Positions 25,968 through 38,439 of a stretch of 64,000 bases of DNA are shown piece by piece (within the stretch, counting starts at the first letter, position 1; every line of letters starts with the position of its first letter). The notes under the pieces are model-generated. The model saw nothing but the letters and a program-made list of their open reading frames with translations. It did no database searches and was not told the origin of the DNA. The stretch is taken from NCBI GenBank assembly GCA_050084515.1, contig CM114271.1:25792001-25856000 (forward strand), in the 5' to 3' direction. The stretch is from Blasia pusilla (taxonomy: Eukaryota). The translations under genes and the position numbers were made by a program.

Positions 25968-26603
25968 TGTCACGTCTTTTAGGATAGATCGGTGAGATCT
26001 AGTAGAGCGCCTTTGTGAGTAGTACAGGCTCAGTAGGTCGAGGATTAAATGCTGAGGCTCTGGGAAACCTGAGAGAGCAGGTTTCTCCATCGTTTCGGCT
26101 CATTTGGAGCCATATTGAGCACCTTACTATTTTAGGTAACTACCATTTTGAGTATATGATCGACTTTATATTTTTGGTAAGTGGCCCTTGACCTCCTACA
26201 TTAGGTCAAGAGCCAAGGAGGTGACTTGGGAGAATAGGTTACCATGGAGAGAGCTTGGGAGAAGGGAGGGGTATACCTCAAGGAGAGAGAGCTTGAGAGC
26301 TCATTCTCTCTTTGTTGAACCTCTTGGCATGAGGGGGCGGAGCTATGGTCCCTTGCCTTGTGAATGTAACCCAAGCCTCTCATTAGAAGAGTGGGTTTGG
26401 TTTGACATGAGAGAGAGTGCACATCTTTGAGAGCTATGGTGTGAGATGGTGTAGAGAGAGATTGGATCTTACTTTATTGGAGATATTTTATAACTTCTTG
26501 TCTCGTTGTTTGGATGCTATGAGTTAGCATGGGATCGTGCGTGTTTGTGTGTGTGTTCGGTGATAGCCATGTATGTTGTGTAGCGATGTGTATGCGCACG
26601 ACA
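25968..26603 (+). repeat. Repeat blocks A2 (25968-26476) and B2 (26476-26603), forming the right end of the element
   Basis: Starts TGTCACGTC, ends CACGACA; A2 abuts B2 directly at CTTACTTTA/TTGGAGATA. Confidence 0.95.
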
Positions 26604-26607
26604 AAGG

Positions 26608-26790
26608 CATTTTTGTATAGAAGGCCTCGCATGATTGGCATGTTGAGTGGGATGAGCCGCAACTAAGGCCTTTGCTCGAAGTACATGCTCATTCTGAAGA
26701 TTCTCCCAATCCCTAGACATAAAGCGTTGAATACGCGTGGAGGTTTCACGCGAGGTGCCAACATGTGTCAAATAGGAAGCATGTACTTTC
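26608..26790 (-). mobile_element. 5' continuation of the CRE-clade LINE beyond the nested Gypsy insertion
   Basis: RIQRFMSRDWENL...PSIQKCL joins in frame to (*)RSLLLGLIGEFSRAARAL once the insertion and one AAGG copy are removed. Confidence 0.8.
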
Positions 26791-27268
26791 CTTCATAAAT
26801 GTTTCCACATATACAAAGAAAAGATTTTCCACTTATGCTTCTCATATGTTCTTAACCACAAATTTCCAAATTTTTTTGGTATGGTTTATGCAACAACTAT
26901 AAAACTATTCCATGCCACCTCTCTCTTGGAAAAGTTCTTGTACATATTCCCAAAAATAATAATACCAAGGATAAGTCTTCAAGAGAGTCTTTGATAGCCT
27001 CTAATATGTGCATGATTAGGATCTCAAATATTCTCCCTATATCTTGAATTTGTTGTTTGCTAAGTCTATACCTACAACCAACACTCCAAACCTAGCATAT
27101 CTCCATATGTCCCCAAAAGCTTGTAAGGAGTATAAGTTCATTTAGGGAAAGTTCTCATAGGCATGGCACTTCAAGCAATGGGCCATTACATTTCTATTCG
27201 TCTCCTTCCAATTTAGGTGGATTTTTTTTTAAAAGGCCATTGTGGAGACAAAAATGGAAGTTGTATCC

Positions 27269-27338
27269 ACTTCCTCTTAGGCACAAACTTTTCCATGTCA
27301 ACACTAAAACTTGGAAAAGTTTGTGCCTAAGAAGAAGT
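27269..27338. repeat. 27-bp inverted repeat (1 mismatch) with 16-nt loop
   Basis: ACTTCCTCTTAGGCACAAACTTTTCCA (27269-27295) versus TGGAAAAGTTTGTGCCTAAGAAGAAGT (27312-27338). Confidence 0.85.
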
Positions 27339-29711
27339 AACACATCAACTTTGGTAGGATCCTACAAAAGTTCATGTTTATTGAACTAAGGGCAAGCTCA
27401 ATGAATCTCCCCATGATTGGTTGTAGAAGTTTCATAATTAGGTAGCGTATTTTTGTAGATATTCTTCATTACGTTGCTTAAGCCAATGAAAATCATCACA
27501 TATTTTCTCCAAGCTTTTGTGATCTTAAATTAGCCTGTAAACACATCCTACAATTCTTTCTAAGTTGTCGAATTTTTGGGTTAGAACCTTACCTGGGAGT
27601 ACAACTTCCCTCCCATCAAGTGCTTAAATAGTGACTTGCGTGACGCGACTAGTGGCTCATTTATACTATTAAGAGAGGATGGGGTTAGAGAAACCCTCCT
27701 CCGACGTCAACACATGTCCTTTCAAACCTCTTCTGCTATTGAGACGTGTCAGATTTAAGGAGTAGTTAAATTAAGAGGATCAATTTTCCCCTCACATGGG
27801 CAACATACTAGTTTCTTATATGTGAGACTTGTTGCATTCTTGAAAGTTGTAAGTAAGTGGTGTAATATAATTGGTATGTTCAAAATAAAAAGCATCTCAC
27901 TAAAAATAATTTTCACTCCTCCATTTCTAGTCTTGAGAAGGCTCAAGTAATTCTTTGTGGTCATTCCTCTAAAATTCATGCAAGTTCTCTTTGTCTCCTC
28001 CAAATCTTACATTCCCCATAATATAAAAAAGCATTTTCAAAATTAAAAGTATTATTATTATTTCTTCGTATTATACAAGTCATGAATATAATGATTATTA
28101 TAAATACAAATCCATAAAATAATTTTCAGAATCCGGCGGTGGTGTGAATGAGTCCGAGTGCGGAAACCGAAGAAAAGCTCAGCACTCGACGCTGATTTTG
28201 CAGCCCACCGTTGTTAGTGGACTTGCCGGTAGCCCGGCACCGCACAGGTGGAGTGCGACGCTCCTTGGGAAACAGCGATGGTACCTCGGGACGCGACTCA
28301 GTGATAGTTACGGTGCCGCTGACGAATTCATAACAGTTGAAGCGCCTGCGCTCCGTCCCGTGCGAATGGTGTGGTGGTGAGTATGTTGGAGACTATTTCA
28401 GAGTAAACCCTAGAATCACACTTCGGAGCTAGGATTTGCACTTTCTTAATTTCTCACGGTGTGCGTACACATACGGTACAAGATTGGCACTGCCATGCCG
28501 ATTCGGTCTGCTACTGTCCTCCGCACGTGACATATCTGATCGTATCTTGTATCTTTCGACTGGATCCGAGCTTGCATTCCGAAGAGGCCTCGCTCTCAAA
28601 TTTTGTGCGTGGATGTTCACGACTTTTTGGCTGCATCTGCACATGTGACGACCTAGAGAGTCCGAACAGAGCAAGATTTGGATGTGATGGAATCGACCCT
28701 GAGTGGGGCTCAAAAACGAAGATGCACTTCGATAAAAACGAGTGATGGAAAACCCATCGGAAGTACAAAAGAGGGGGACTCAATGAGTCAAAACCTGAAA
28801 GCCACAACAGGACCAGAAAAGGAAGAAGAGGGCATCCCCCTACCGACGAAACTCACACCAGAAACAATATCAGCAACAACAAGAGAACTATGACTACTAC
28901 CTTTGGTGCGGTGAGCGTGGACTCTAAACCTCGTCCCCGGCCCGTTAGTTAGTTGTCAGACTCGCATAGGGGAAACGCGCTACGTGTGGTGTATGTATTT
29001 GACTGGGATGCGTTTCAGAGGCAGTTGGCAGCTCACGGGGATATACTGGTTGATTGCTATACACACCTACATGACAGCTATTTGTGGAGATTGGCTTTAG
29101 ATTTCAGAGGACATCAACTGACTAGATTGACGTCCGACTGTGGCCAGACGCTTGAAACAGCTTTTCCAATACTAATAATTGGTAGGTTTAGGCGAACTTC
29201 TGGCGATGGCGTTGTAGTCCTAGTAGACAGTGGGAGTAAGTCGAACATTCACACCTCTGACGAAGAGATATGATTCGTTACAGATACGACTCATCGCCAG
29301 TCAAATGAGGTCTCTGAAAGTCAGCGGAGAAGTTTCAAGCAAGTCCTTCTCTGTAAATTTGCATTGTTCATCGCTGTCTCGTCTACCTGCTCCCGATTAT
29401 TCCGAAATCACAAGACAAATCCAAAAGCTGACGAAAGTTGTGGATAGTAAGATAAATGAAGAAACTTATTCCATCACTTGTATGGTAATCTCGCTTCTTA
29501 CGGATTTTTGATATGGAATTTAGAAATTTCCAATTTGGGTGGGTCTACAGGTTCCTTTGGTCGTCACTTCTTTTCAACAGTGGACAGACACAGGCACTAT
29601 CTACACGACGTTGTATCAAACGGGCACATTCTCCCATGTACGAATCAGAAATGTCTCATCTCAGAGAATTGAAAGCCAGAGTCGACTCGCTACCTAATCG
29701 GCTCTTAGCGT

Positions 29712-31825
29712 CTACCGCGCTCCGTCACTCAGAATCTGTAGACCGGAGCTGGCGAGTGCTGCCATTTGATCTCTTGAGAAGACAGGCGTTGGGAACACCA
29801 GAGAAATAGTCAGCTCCAGACCTTGAGGACCTTCCACTAGGGCTTCTCCGATACTGAAACAAGGGCCGACGCCGTGCATAGATGCGAATGGTCCAAAAGT
29901 CCCGGCAAGGTTTAGCTTCTCGACATTCTTCCACCTCGAATCAAGTGTCTTGGTGAAGGCGGAACACAATGCCGTCCTGAGTGAAGATTTTGGCGTCAAA
30001 TTCGGTCGCTTCAAAACCTGTACAAGATCAGGTACCAGGAATTAGTGTTATATACGAAACTGATTCTCCGAGGTATAGGGAGATTCTTGAAGTCCTTACA
30101 TTCCTCTTTGATCGCCTGTTCGAAGACGGAAAACGACGGGATCTGTACTGAGTATCTTCGTGGCAAAGAAAAGACGTACACTGACAATTGTTCTTATGCA
30201 CTGGGGCCGCGTGCTGTGCTTTCCATGACAAGCAAGTTCTCAAGCAGACAATCGCAACAAGCATTAAGTATTCCAGCTTGCAGGAGGCACACAATTCAGA
30301 ACGAAGGTGTGGTCTACCTGAGAGAAAAGCATGTTCATCACAGGGATTTCGGAAAATTGGCGCGATTTCGCCAACTCCTTCTCAGTGGCAGAGGAAACGC
30401 TTCGAGCGAGCTCCCAGAGATCTGCATCTGGCTTCACTATCTCGTCTTGAGAGACCCCACCACTATAGTTTCCAAGTGCCAGATCGGCCACTGGCGGCTC
30501 AAAATATGGTCGACAATCCACGATACTGTCATTCCACATACAGACAACTTCAGAAAATCGATCACATCCCTACTTCTGACGGTCAACGGCCACAATCCTC
30601 AATAGAACAAACGCGTGCAGAGGTAAGATAAGGTGGTTACGAGCTACTCAAATGACTTTCCCTAGACTCCACACACAGACCTGGTGAAGCTGAAATGCGA
30701 CTTTTTCTCCTTCAACTCTTTCACACCCGCGGCTGCCTTCAAGAAGGCTGCAGTGAGGGCTGCAGCTGGCGTTGTTTTCTCCCTTTCGCAGGCAGCCAAG
30801 AAGGACGACGTAACTGGGAAACAAGTGCCAGATTCACAAAGGATTCAAGAGGTAAGATCTCAAACCCGAATCAGCCATCACGTATCTACAGAATAGAAGG
30901 ACCTCCGCTTGGACGCCGCATCCCTAGTTTACATCGCGCAGTTGAGAACCTAATCTAGACACGCTGAGGACTGTACAGGAAAACCTGAAGATAGAGAACT
31001 CATATAACCTGCAATCTTAGTGTGCTTACCATTTTTGCCGAGAGAGTAGCTCAAGATGTCACTCTGAAATTTGCTAGGCTTGGCATCGGAGAATCCCGAA
31101 TGGAAAGGAAATAAAGTGTATTTCCCAGCTTGAACGGCGTATCCCACGGTGTCCAAACCCTTCTGAAAGAAACCCTTGGATTTCCCCTTGGGAATCATGT
31201 CTTCGAACGCAGGAAGGAGTTCATTCTTGCCGGGAACTTCCGGCAGCTGCAGCTCCTGCCCGTCCACAATGCAGTTCAAAGCGGTGAGGAAGCTCTGCCC
31301 GATGGTGACAGCAGAAGGTCTGTCAAGGCCACCGCTGACGAACCTCAAGACTATGATCGTCTTGGGCTGAGATGGCTCCGTGTACACGTGAATCTGGAAG
31401 AGATTCATAGGCCCCGTCACTTTCTGAGACGCATTGGGGAAAGGAGTGTTTAACTCTTTCTTGACTATGTGGTTGAGCGCCAGGCTCAGATTGTTGTCGC
31501 TGTTATCGCCTGGAAGAATCAGAATTGCTGTAGTGCTGTCGATAAGTAGGGGCCACGGAAACACTTCCATAGAAGGCGTCGAGGACCCTTCAGAAACTTG
31601 ATACACGAGTTTACCTTTCGAGTTTTCTACTATCCGGGACCTGAGAAGCGCGTGGCACTCCATGACAGATTTCGCAGCCAGAATTATCTGCTTCATCTCC
31701 ACAATCCTCTTGAAAGCAAACCCAAGAACCTGAACTCCTGTTCCTCCAGCCGTGGCCTTGGTCCAATTCTCTTCAGTCGCACCGAGTGCTCTACCGTTCT
31801 CGGCACCATCCTGACTGGGAGCCAT
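29712..31825 (-). CDS. Condensation-domain/CoA-dependent acyltransferase-like protein. Exons 31825-31030, 30813-30681, 30525-30318, 30017-29712
   Basis: RALGATEENWTKATAGGTG, HALLRSRI, ELNTPF, LLPAFEDMIPKG, FLAACEREKTT, IVDCRPYFEPP, DLWELAR, SMHGVGP and FPTPVFSRDQM; GT-AG exons in frame. Confidence 0.8.
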
Positions 31826-34177
31826 GTCTGGCTTACTTGTGAAGATGGGATGGGTCCTCCTGCTGAACTGCGAGTAGAACCTCCACCCACCTCCTCTGCC
31901 CTGCGTAGCCAAAATTCGTCTGCACAAAATCCTCACTCCTTAGTTAAACTTTCAGAACAGCGCAAGCATGCTGCCACCATAACACTTACGGCATTTGAGT
32001 AAGATCAGCTCTCAGATGTCCCCTCAGCTCCGAAAAACCACCCACCGCACAACCTGTATGTGAGATTGGATCAGGTCGACACTAAGGTGGTCGGAGGCCA
32101 TTCCTCACACGTTCGGACGAAGCGAAGACACGGCGAGGAGGGGACAAAACCTCCACGATCACAAGGGTGACACATACAAGGATTGCATATCACCCTGAAA
32201 GTCTGATTAATGATTCAACAGATACGTCGGGAAGTCTTGGACATAATGAAAATGAGCAGGCTCGCCACGGGATAATCCAAGAGTGGTGCTATGGTAGAAT
32301 GGGCACATTCTTCCAATGCTGCACAGCGCGTTGCCAGTTGGTGCACTCCCACAGGTATACATGGAAAATCAGTTCAAGTACGAACGACATAGAAGACACT
32401 TCCCTGCAGCTGCCGAATTCACCAATCCACTAGCTCAAGCACTCTAGGTGAGTGACTATGGTACGACAACGGCCAGACGAGCAAGAATGCGATCATGATC
32501 CACAAAATGGGCTCTTCTGTGGACTTCCTGGTCCTTGCAGTAGACAGTAGAACTAAACGGAGAGAGAGAGAGAGATGCAAGACGATGAAAACTCCAGGAG
32601 CCATATGCCTGATTACACATCAAAAGGAGAGCAGCAGCAAAGAATTGCTCTGCATGGCGAATACAGCAAGCGGAGACGGAAGCGGCCCTCACCAGCTCAG
32701 CAAACCCTGCTCGTCGCCTCGGCAGACGATCCACCACGAACAGAGTCCCAACTCAAAACAGTGATTAGCGAGCGCGCACTTGGAATTCACTCAGCTCCGG
32801 CCTTCGACTTACAACTCACAGTGCACAGGAGCTATAAGGCGGAGAAGAGTCGCACAGGTCAACAAGGGATGAAGAAGGCGGTGGGCGATCAGGTAATCGG
32901 GCGGCGGTCACAACTTCACATAATATTCAGCTCATTGTTTAGCGAGTAAAGGCAGGGGAAGACATCGCATACCATACCAAAAGAGAAAAAACGAGATGTT
33001 AGCAAACAAAGGGTAGAGAGGAGGCAACTCATCAAACAATCAAACAATTAATGCTACTGCTCCCCCAACGTCAGAATCAGCTGGGCGAGCAGCAGTAGCT
33101 GGAGCTGTCACGAGAGAGTGACTGCTCTGACGGGTGGCCTCCTTACGGGAAGTGTCAGTGCCGACAACTGCACAAGTCCACGGCACCTAAAGGGTACGAC
33201 TCTGTACGTTACCTACCGACGTCCCCCTCGCCATCCCCCTTCCTTTCACTCATCGCTACGCTACACCCCTCCCCCTCCTCTACATCCTCCTTGTATCTCT
33301 TGTAAGTTTCTACTCTACGCTTCCTTTTTTACGCTGCCGCTGTATTTAGACACGACCATGGGCATACAACGCTCCACTGGGCTTTATTTCATGGATGTGT
33401 CAATGCTTTTTTCGCCTGCGCGCGCACGCGAGTGCTCTGCCGATGGATGGATGGGTCTGGTCCGTTCAACGGACGGAAATGCGAAGGAAGGAGGTATTGC
33501 CGGAAACCCGAGGGGTGGTATTTGTCTTTTTATGTACAGGTATTGTAAGTAGTAAGTACAGCGCTGAGAATGCTCACCTATCTGACACGCCTCAAACGTA
33601 ATGCTACAAAACGAAACTCCTCTTTATAGTAATTCGTTCGAGTCCGTAGACGTCATTAATTAAATTTAGATTACTGGAGAGTGCTTTTCATTTTTCAAAT
33701 TCCTTTCACGCTTCAGGCATTTAGCACTTGGGAGGAGGGTTCGTGTCATGAGATTTGTCGATTTAGGGTCAATGCAACTTACTTGAAAGTTAATTATGGG
33801 AGGGAATATGAACAGGAGATAATATATTATTTTAAACTAAATCGAATAATTTTTGAAAATAACTAAACTGTCTAATTAACTGGACACAGAAAATATCTCA
33901 ACCATAAAAAATAGCCATACCCATTCTTTCTAAGGTTAAGGTTAATCACATCTATCATGCATATACCAGAAAAGGAAAATGTGAACGAATCAATAAAAAT
34001 GTGTATACGAATTAAAAATATTTTTGAATGTAGGTTTCATTTTCTTGCAAATTTGACTTTCATGACTCTTTTTTATCGTGCACGCATGTTCACAATCCAA
34101 TTACCATTCATGCTATGAGTTTCACACACGAAACTTCACACAAGTGAAGAATTCGGAGTAGTATAGTCCCATCCATG

Positions 34178-34381
34178 CAGGGTTCGGAAAGGTTTTTTTC
34201 TTGGACGCGGTCCATTGACGGGAATGTCCAATCGGAAAGGGTAAGTCCGGATTTTGAAACGGTTTTGAGATATGAAATACAAAAGACTTACTCGAATTCC
34301 AGTCGGTTTTCATAGACAACTTTTAAATCAATCGGAATTCTCAAATTTAACCGATTAATAATACTCGTAACCCCATCATTG
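34178..34381 (+). mobile_element. hAT-like MITE, copy 1
   Basis: Starts CAGGGTTCGG, ends ATCATTG; flanks CATCCATG / CATCCACC (degenerate 8-bp TSD); colinear with 40414-40628. Confidence 0.7.
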
Positions 34382-34741
34382 CATCCACCGTTGCTATTCT
34401 AGCTTTGAAAGACCGTTTAATTATAGGGCACCATTCAAACATTTGCTTTTATAAGGTAAGACTAACACGACGACTCTCTAAGCTAATCCCTCCCCACCTA
34501 CCTAAGCCCTTTTTTATACATATTTTATATTTCTCACGGTTCCTTCACGGGCTTGAGTTCAACCATCAACTAATTGTTGCTTTTATAAGGGACCTCCGAC
34601 ACGGCGGCCGCCTCACCCAATTCACGTCGGAAGTTCCAAACCCCAACTACCTAAACCCTTCCCCTCATAGAGCACTTGAGTTCCGAACCGACGGCCGTCA
34701 ACGTCATCCGGTGAGTTGCATTCGAGCATTGCGTCCCGAAG

Positions 34742-34980
34742 CAACTCTTCCCGAAGCAAGGTTCCGCGTCTTTCCGTCGGAATGGCAGTACCCACTCTTC
34801 CCGAAGCCAGGTTCCGCGTCTGTCCGTCGGAACGGCAGTGCCAACTCTTCCCGAAGCCAGGTTCGGCGTCTGTCCGTCGGAACGGCAGTGCCAACTCTTC
34901 CCGAAGCAAGGTTCCGCGTCTGTCCGTCGGAACGGCAGTGCCAACTCTGCCCGAAGCAAAGTCCCGCGTCCGTCCGTCCG
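34742..34980. repeat. GC-rich minisatellite, ~4.7 copies of a 50-bp unit
   Basis: CAACTCTTCCCGAAGCCAGGTTCCGCGTCTGTCCGTCGGAACGGCAGTGC starting at 34742, 34792, 34842, 34892 and 34942. Confidence 0.92.
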
Positions 34981-35999
34981 TGCGTTGGCCCTAACGTGCC
35001 CCCCGCCGCATCTGGTATTCGTATGCCCACGAACCAATCATCGTTTGAGGGTTTCCAAGAAGATACGGTACAGGGTTTCTCCCGCTTCCGGTCCGCCGGG
35101 CCCACATCCGCATTTATGGCTCCAGCCGGCTGCCTCTCCTGCGTCGGATTGTCCTTGGGAGAGAAAGCTTGGTAGGGTACGTTCTCTAACGAGCGACGCT
35201 ACTCCACTAAAGACACACGCACACTCGCGGCAGTGCAATCGGCTAAAAGGATCCTTTAGGGTCATAAGTGAGGAAGATGTCATGAATGATCCGGCTTTTA
35301 TACGGGTATTCCCTCGGGGGTATTCTAGTGAGAATTAATTTGGTCGTAATAATTTGGGGTATTCTAGTGAGAATGAATTTGGTCGATAAGCTTTTAATTT
35401 TTAAGAAATTGTGGAAATGAAGAGAATTCGGTGTGCGTTTAGTACGGGTCTATTATTGATATGTCAATTCATTATTACGAGTGTATATGTAGGTTTAAAT
35501 TATTAACTTTCAATTTTATTTTAAAATTATGATATATTTTCTAATTAATTATAGAATTATTTATTGATTGAGAAATCAAACAATCCTACTGGTTAAAATA
35601 GGATGGATATCCATAGGAGTTTGAAAAATGAATGGACATTCTCCAACAATGAGATAGATTTAACCCCTCCACATTGGCAATATCATATTTGAACGTGTTT
35701 GGGATTTAAGGGTTATTGTTCCTTTTTTTCCATGTCTTAGGATTTGAAAAATCTTTACTTTGTTTAGGTAGGGTTTTCAAAAATGATTGTCCAATCTCTT
35801 ATTTGATCCAAGGCTGGAAATTCTTGTTCAAAGCAATGTCCGCATAGAATCGGGATTCATTGTTGAGCTAGCCCAATGAAAATGTGAAACTCCAATCCTA
35901 GATACCAAGCTCCAGCAAAAATTCCAAAGGAAAATATTAGGTTTTGCGGAGAATGAGTTTGAGAAATTTTTCGTTTGCCTACTCTTCTAGAACGTTAAT

Positions 36000-36720
36000 C
36001 TCTAGTATTGCAAAAGCGTATGTTCAGTAGGTCATGCTCTCCTTATTGATGTACACCCAAAAAATCTCATGTAAGTCATTTTTTGGGTCAACCAACCACA
36101 TATCTCCCCGAGTTTGTCAACTAGGGCTATCCAAAAAGCTCAACGCTTCAGAACCCCTCACTTCCAATACGAGTAGATCTTCCTCGACTTGGGACAAACT
36201 TCCTATATAGTCCAAGCACCTAAAACAGCGCTCGCGTCGAGAGTTGTGCGCCTAGCAATTCCAATTGTTTGATGAATCTCGAATGAGTCCCTAATCGAGA
36301 TCCAAAATTTGAGTCACGGGTCGAGGTCCAAGATTGACATCTAAATTTGCCCCTTTTAGACTTGGTTTGGTGTCCACACCGCGAAGCCAACCTCCCAATC
36401 CATTACATACCCTTGGTTTGCCTAGTGGTGCCCCAAAGTAGAGTTTAGGGTCTAAGCACTCTTGGATATCCTCCCCTTTTTATATACTTCTAGATATCTC
36501 CACCCCTCCCTGCCTTTGGGAAAGTCCTCTTGGGCTGCTCGTTTTGGCCCTCAACCCAACAACAAATATGATAGTTGAGGGGCAGTTTCTCAATCTCTAT
36601 TTATGTGTTTGTTTGGATTTTTGGTGCTTTGGAATCTTATTTGCATAAGCTTTCCAACGTCGCCTTATTCATCCCATACGCACATTCACTCTTGGTCTTT
36701 ATGAACTTAAACAGTGCAAA
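36000..36720 (-). repeat. Degenerate dispersed repeat related to 3900-4600
   Basis: Reverse complement shares ordered blocks with 3900-4600; boundaries approximate. Confidence 0.55.
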
Positions 36721-37329
36721 ATATCCAAATGCACATTAATTCTTGATCATTATGACCCGAAACAACGAAAAACCCCTAATTGCTACATAATCAAGTTCCA
36801 AATACTCTTAGCAACCAACTCTATGGGACTTAAGCTCCTCCCAAGTCTTGCTTCACATTTGGTCTGCTTTATCGAGTCACAACCCTCATTGCTTAAAACG
36901 CTTGATCTTGCTTATGTCTCATGTCTCATCCAAGAGACTTCTTCAATGCACGTCAATCCTAGTGTGAGCCTTCTAGAGTTATGATGTTCTGCATTAGTTA
37001 TGAGGATCGCGAAAAAAATTCCTTATGCAAAAAAAAACCTCCCAAAAATTTCCTACGTTGTATTTTAAAAAAAAATTATCTATAGGGATTACTGTAGAAA
37101 AATTGCTAAACAAGCATGACTAATGGTATACAACTCTCTCACATACACATCACCATAGAAAAAAAAATTTTGCAATGAGAGAATGAGTGGGGATTCATCC
37201 CCTTCTCAATTATATAGGATATGCACAAAAAACCTTAATCCTACCCATAGTCTATACTAACACTAATTATGGTTAACTATTCCTAGTTAAAATAATCACA
37301 CACTCTCTGCAACCTTAATAAAATGAATA

Positions 37330-38010
37330 CAAATGAAGTTAATACTTAAGTTCTCTTAAGTCCTTCATATCAAATTATGCCTATAATTTTACCTTTACTT
37401 GTTGTATTATATCCTCATCACTCCCAATAATCAAGAGGTCATCAACGTACAATACAATGATAGTCGTATGATTTTGTCCTCTCAAGATATATAACAAGGA
37501 ATTAAAATGACAGACCGTAAAGCCAAACTCTCGTAGAACGTATGTAATCTTGCGATACCAAGCTCTTGAAGCTTGTGTAGAGCTTTCTATAATCTATATA
37601 CAATGATACTCATATCCAAGTGGTTAAGCCATATATACCTTCTCATGCAAATCTCTATTTAAGAAGACATTCATGACTCTACTTCTTACTCATTACAACT
37701 ACAACCACTATTCTCATATTCATCATCTTTCCTATAGGCTAAATGTCTCTTTCTAATTCATACCATATTTTTGGGCGTAGCCCTTGGCTACAAACATGGT
37801 TTTATATCTGTTCATTATAGTATCTTTATTGCGCTTGATATTATAAACTCATGAACAACTAACAACTTCCTTACCATGAGACATATCAACTAGATTCCTC
37901 ATCTATTAATATCTTGATGTAGCAAGCTATTCCTCCATAGCCTTAATCCTTTTGATCTTACATGCAACTTCTTCAAAATAACTCAGATTTCTATTCTTAA
38001 AGGGCAATCG
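37330..38010 (-). mobile_element. Ty1/Copia reverse transcriptase remnant
   Basis: Minus-strand VAKGYAQKYG..ETFS, QASRAWYRK and VLYVDDLLI; heavily disrupted. Confidence 0.8.
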
Positions 38011-38439
38011 TCTTACATGCTTATGGTTGCACAAAAATAACCAAGTTTGTCCCTAAGACGAACATGAATGAACAAGTTTGGACATATCCGCGGACATTGA
38101 TTGCAAGAGGTGGAACCAACACTTTATAATTCATCATGGAAGTTCAAGGACGAGTGGAAAAATAAGGGGGAAGGAAGTGGGGATGGAGGGCAACCTATGT
38201 CTCCACCTACAACGTGTTGTTATAGGTGGAGACATAGGTGGATCCATATTTGGCATTGATGTACTTGGTGTAGTTTATCTCCTTTTGCGAACTCTTGTTG
38301 AACCATTACAACTTGCCACTATTGGAAATAATGAAAAATGCCTAGTAGAAGGGGAGAAATAAATTCTTTCGTCTCATAGAAAGGATATGAAAAGAAATTA
38401 ACTAATGTCTAAATTTTACAAGATTTGAAGCGAAATTTG

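Larger units (their letters stand above)
16330..26603 (+). mobile_element. Ty3/Gypsy-type retroelement (gag-PR-DNMT-RT-RH-INT-PHD) with split/permuted terminal repeats; degenerate copy
   Basis: Ends TGTCA...CGACA; 4-bp TSD AAGG (16326-16329 and 26604-26607); removing it restores the CRE reading frame; RT-RH-INT order is Gypsy-type. Confidence 0.92.

Noticed and set aside
16330-26603. DIRS/Ngaro tyrosine-recombinase element (because of the split direct repeats)
   Set aside because: No tyrosine recombinase motifs seen; it has an aspartic protease, an HHCC-DDE integrase, TG...CA ends and a 4-bp TSD.
28140-29700. Possible gene in moderately GC-rich sequence with a telo-box (AAACCCTAG near 28404) and short ORFs
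   Set aside because: No recognisable protein motifs or consistent exon chain; it may be UTR or non-coding transcript, but I cannot support a call.
34405-35338. Several long overlapping ORFs on both strands
   Set aside because: Produced by a GC-rich 50-bp minisatellite poor in stop codons; no recognisable domain.
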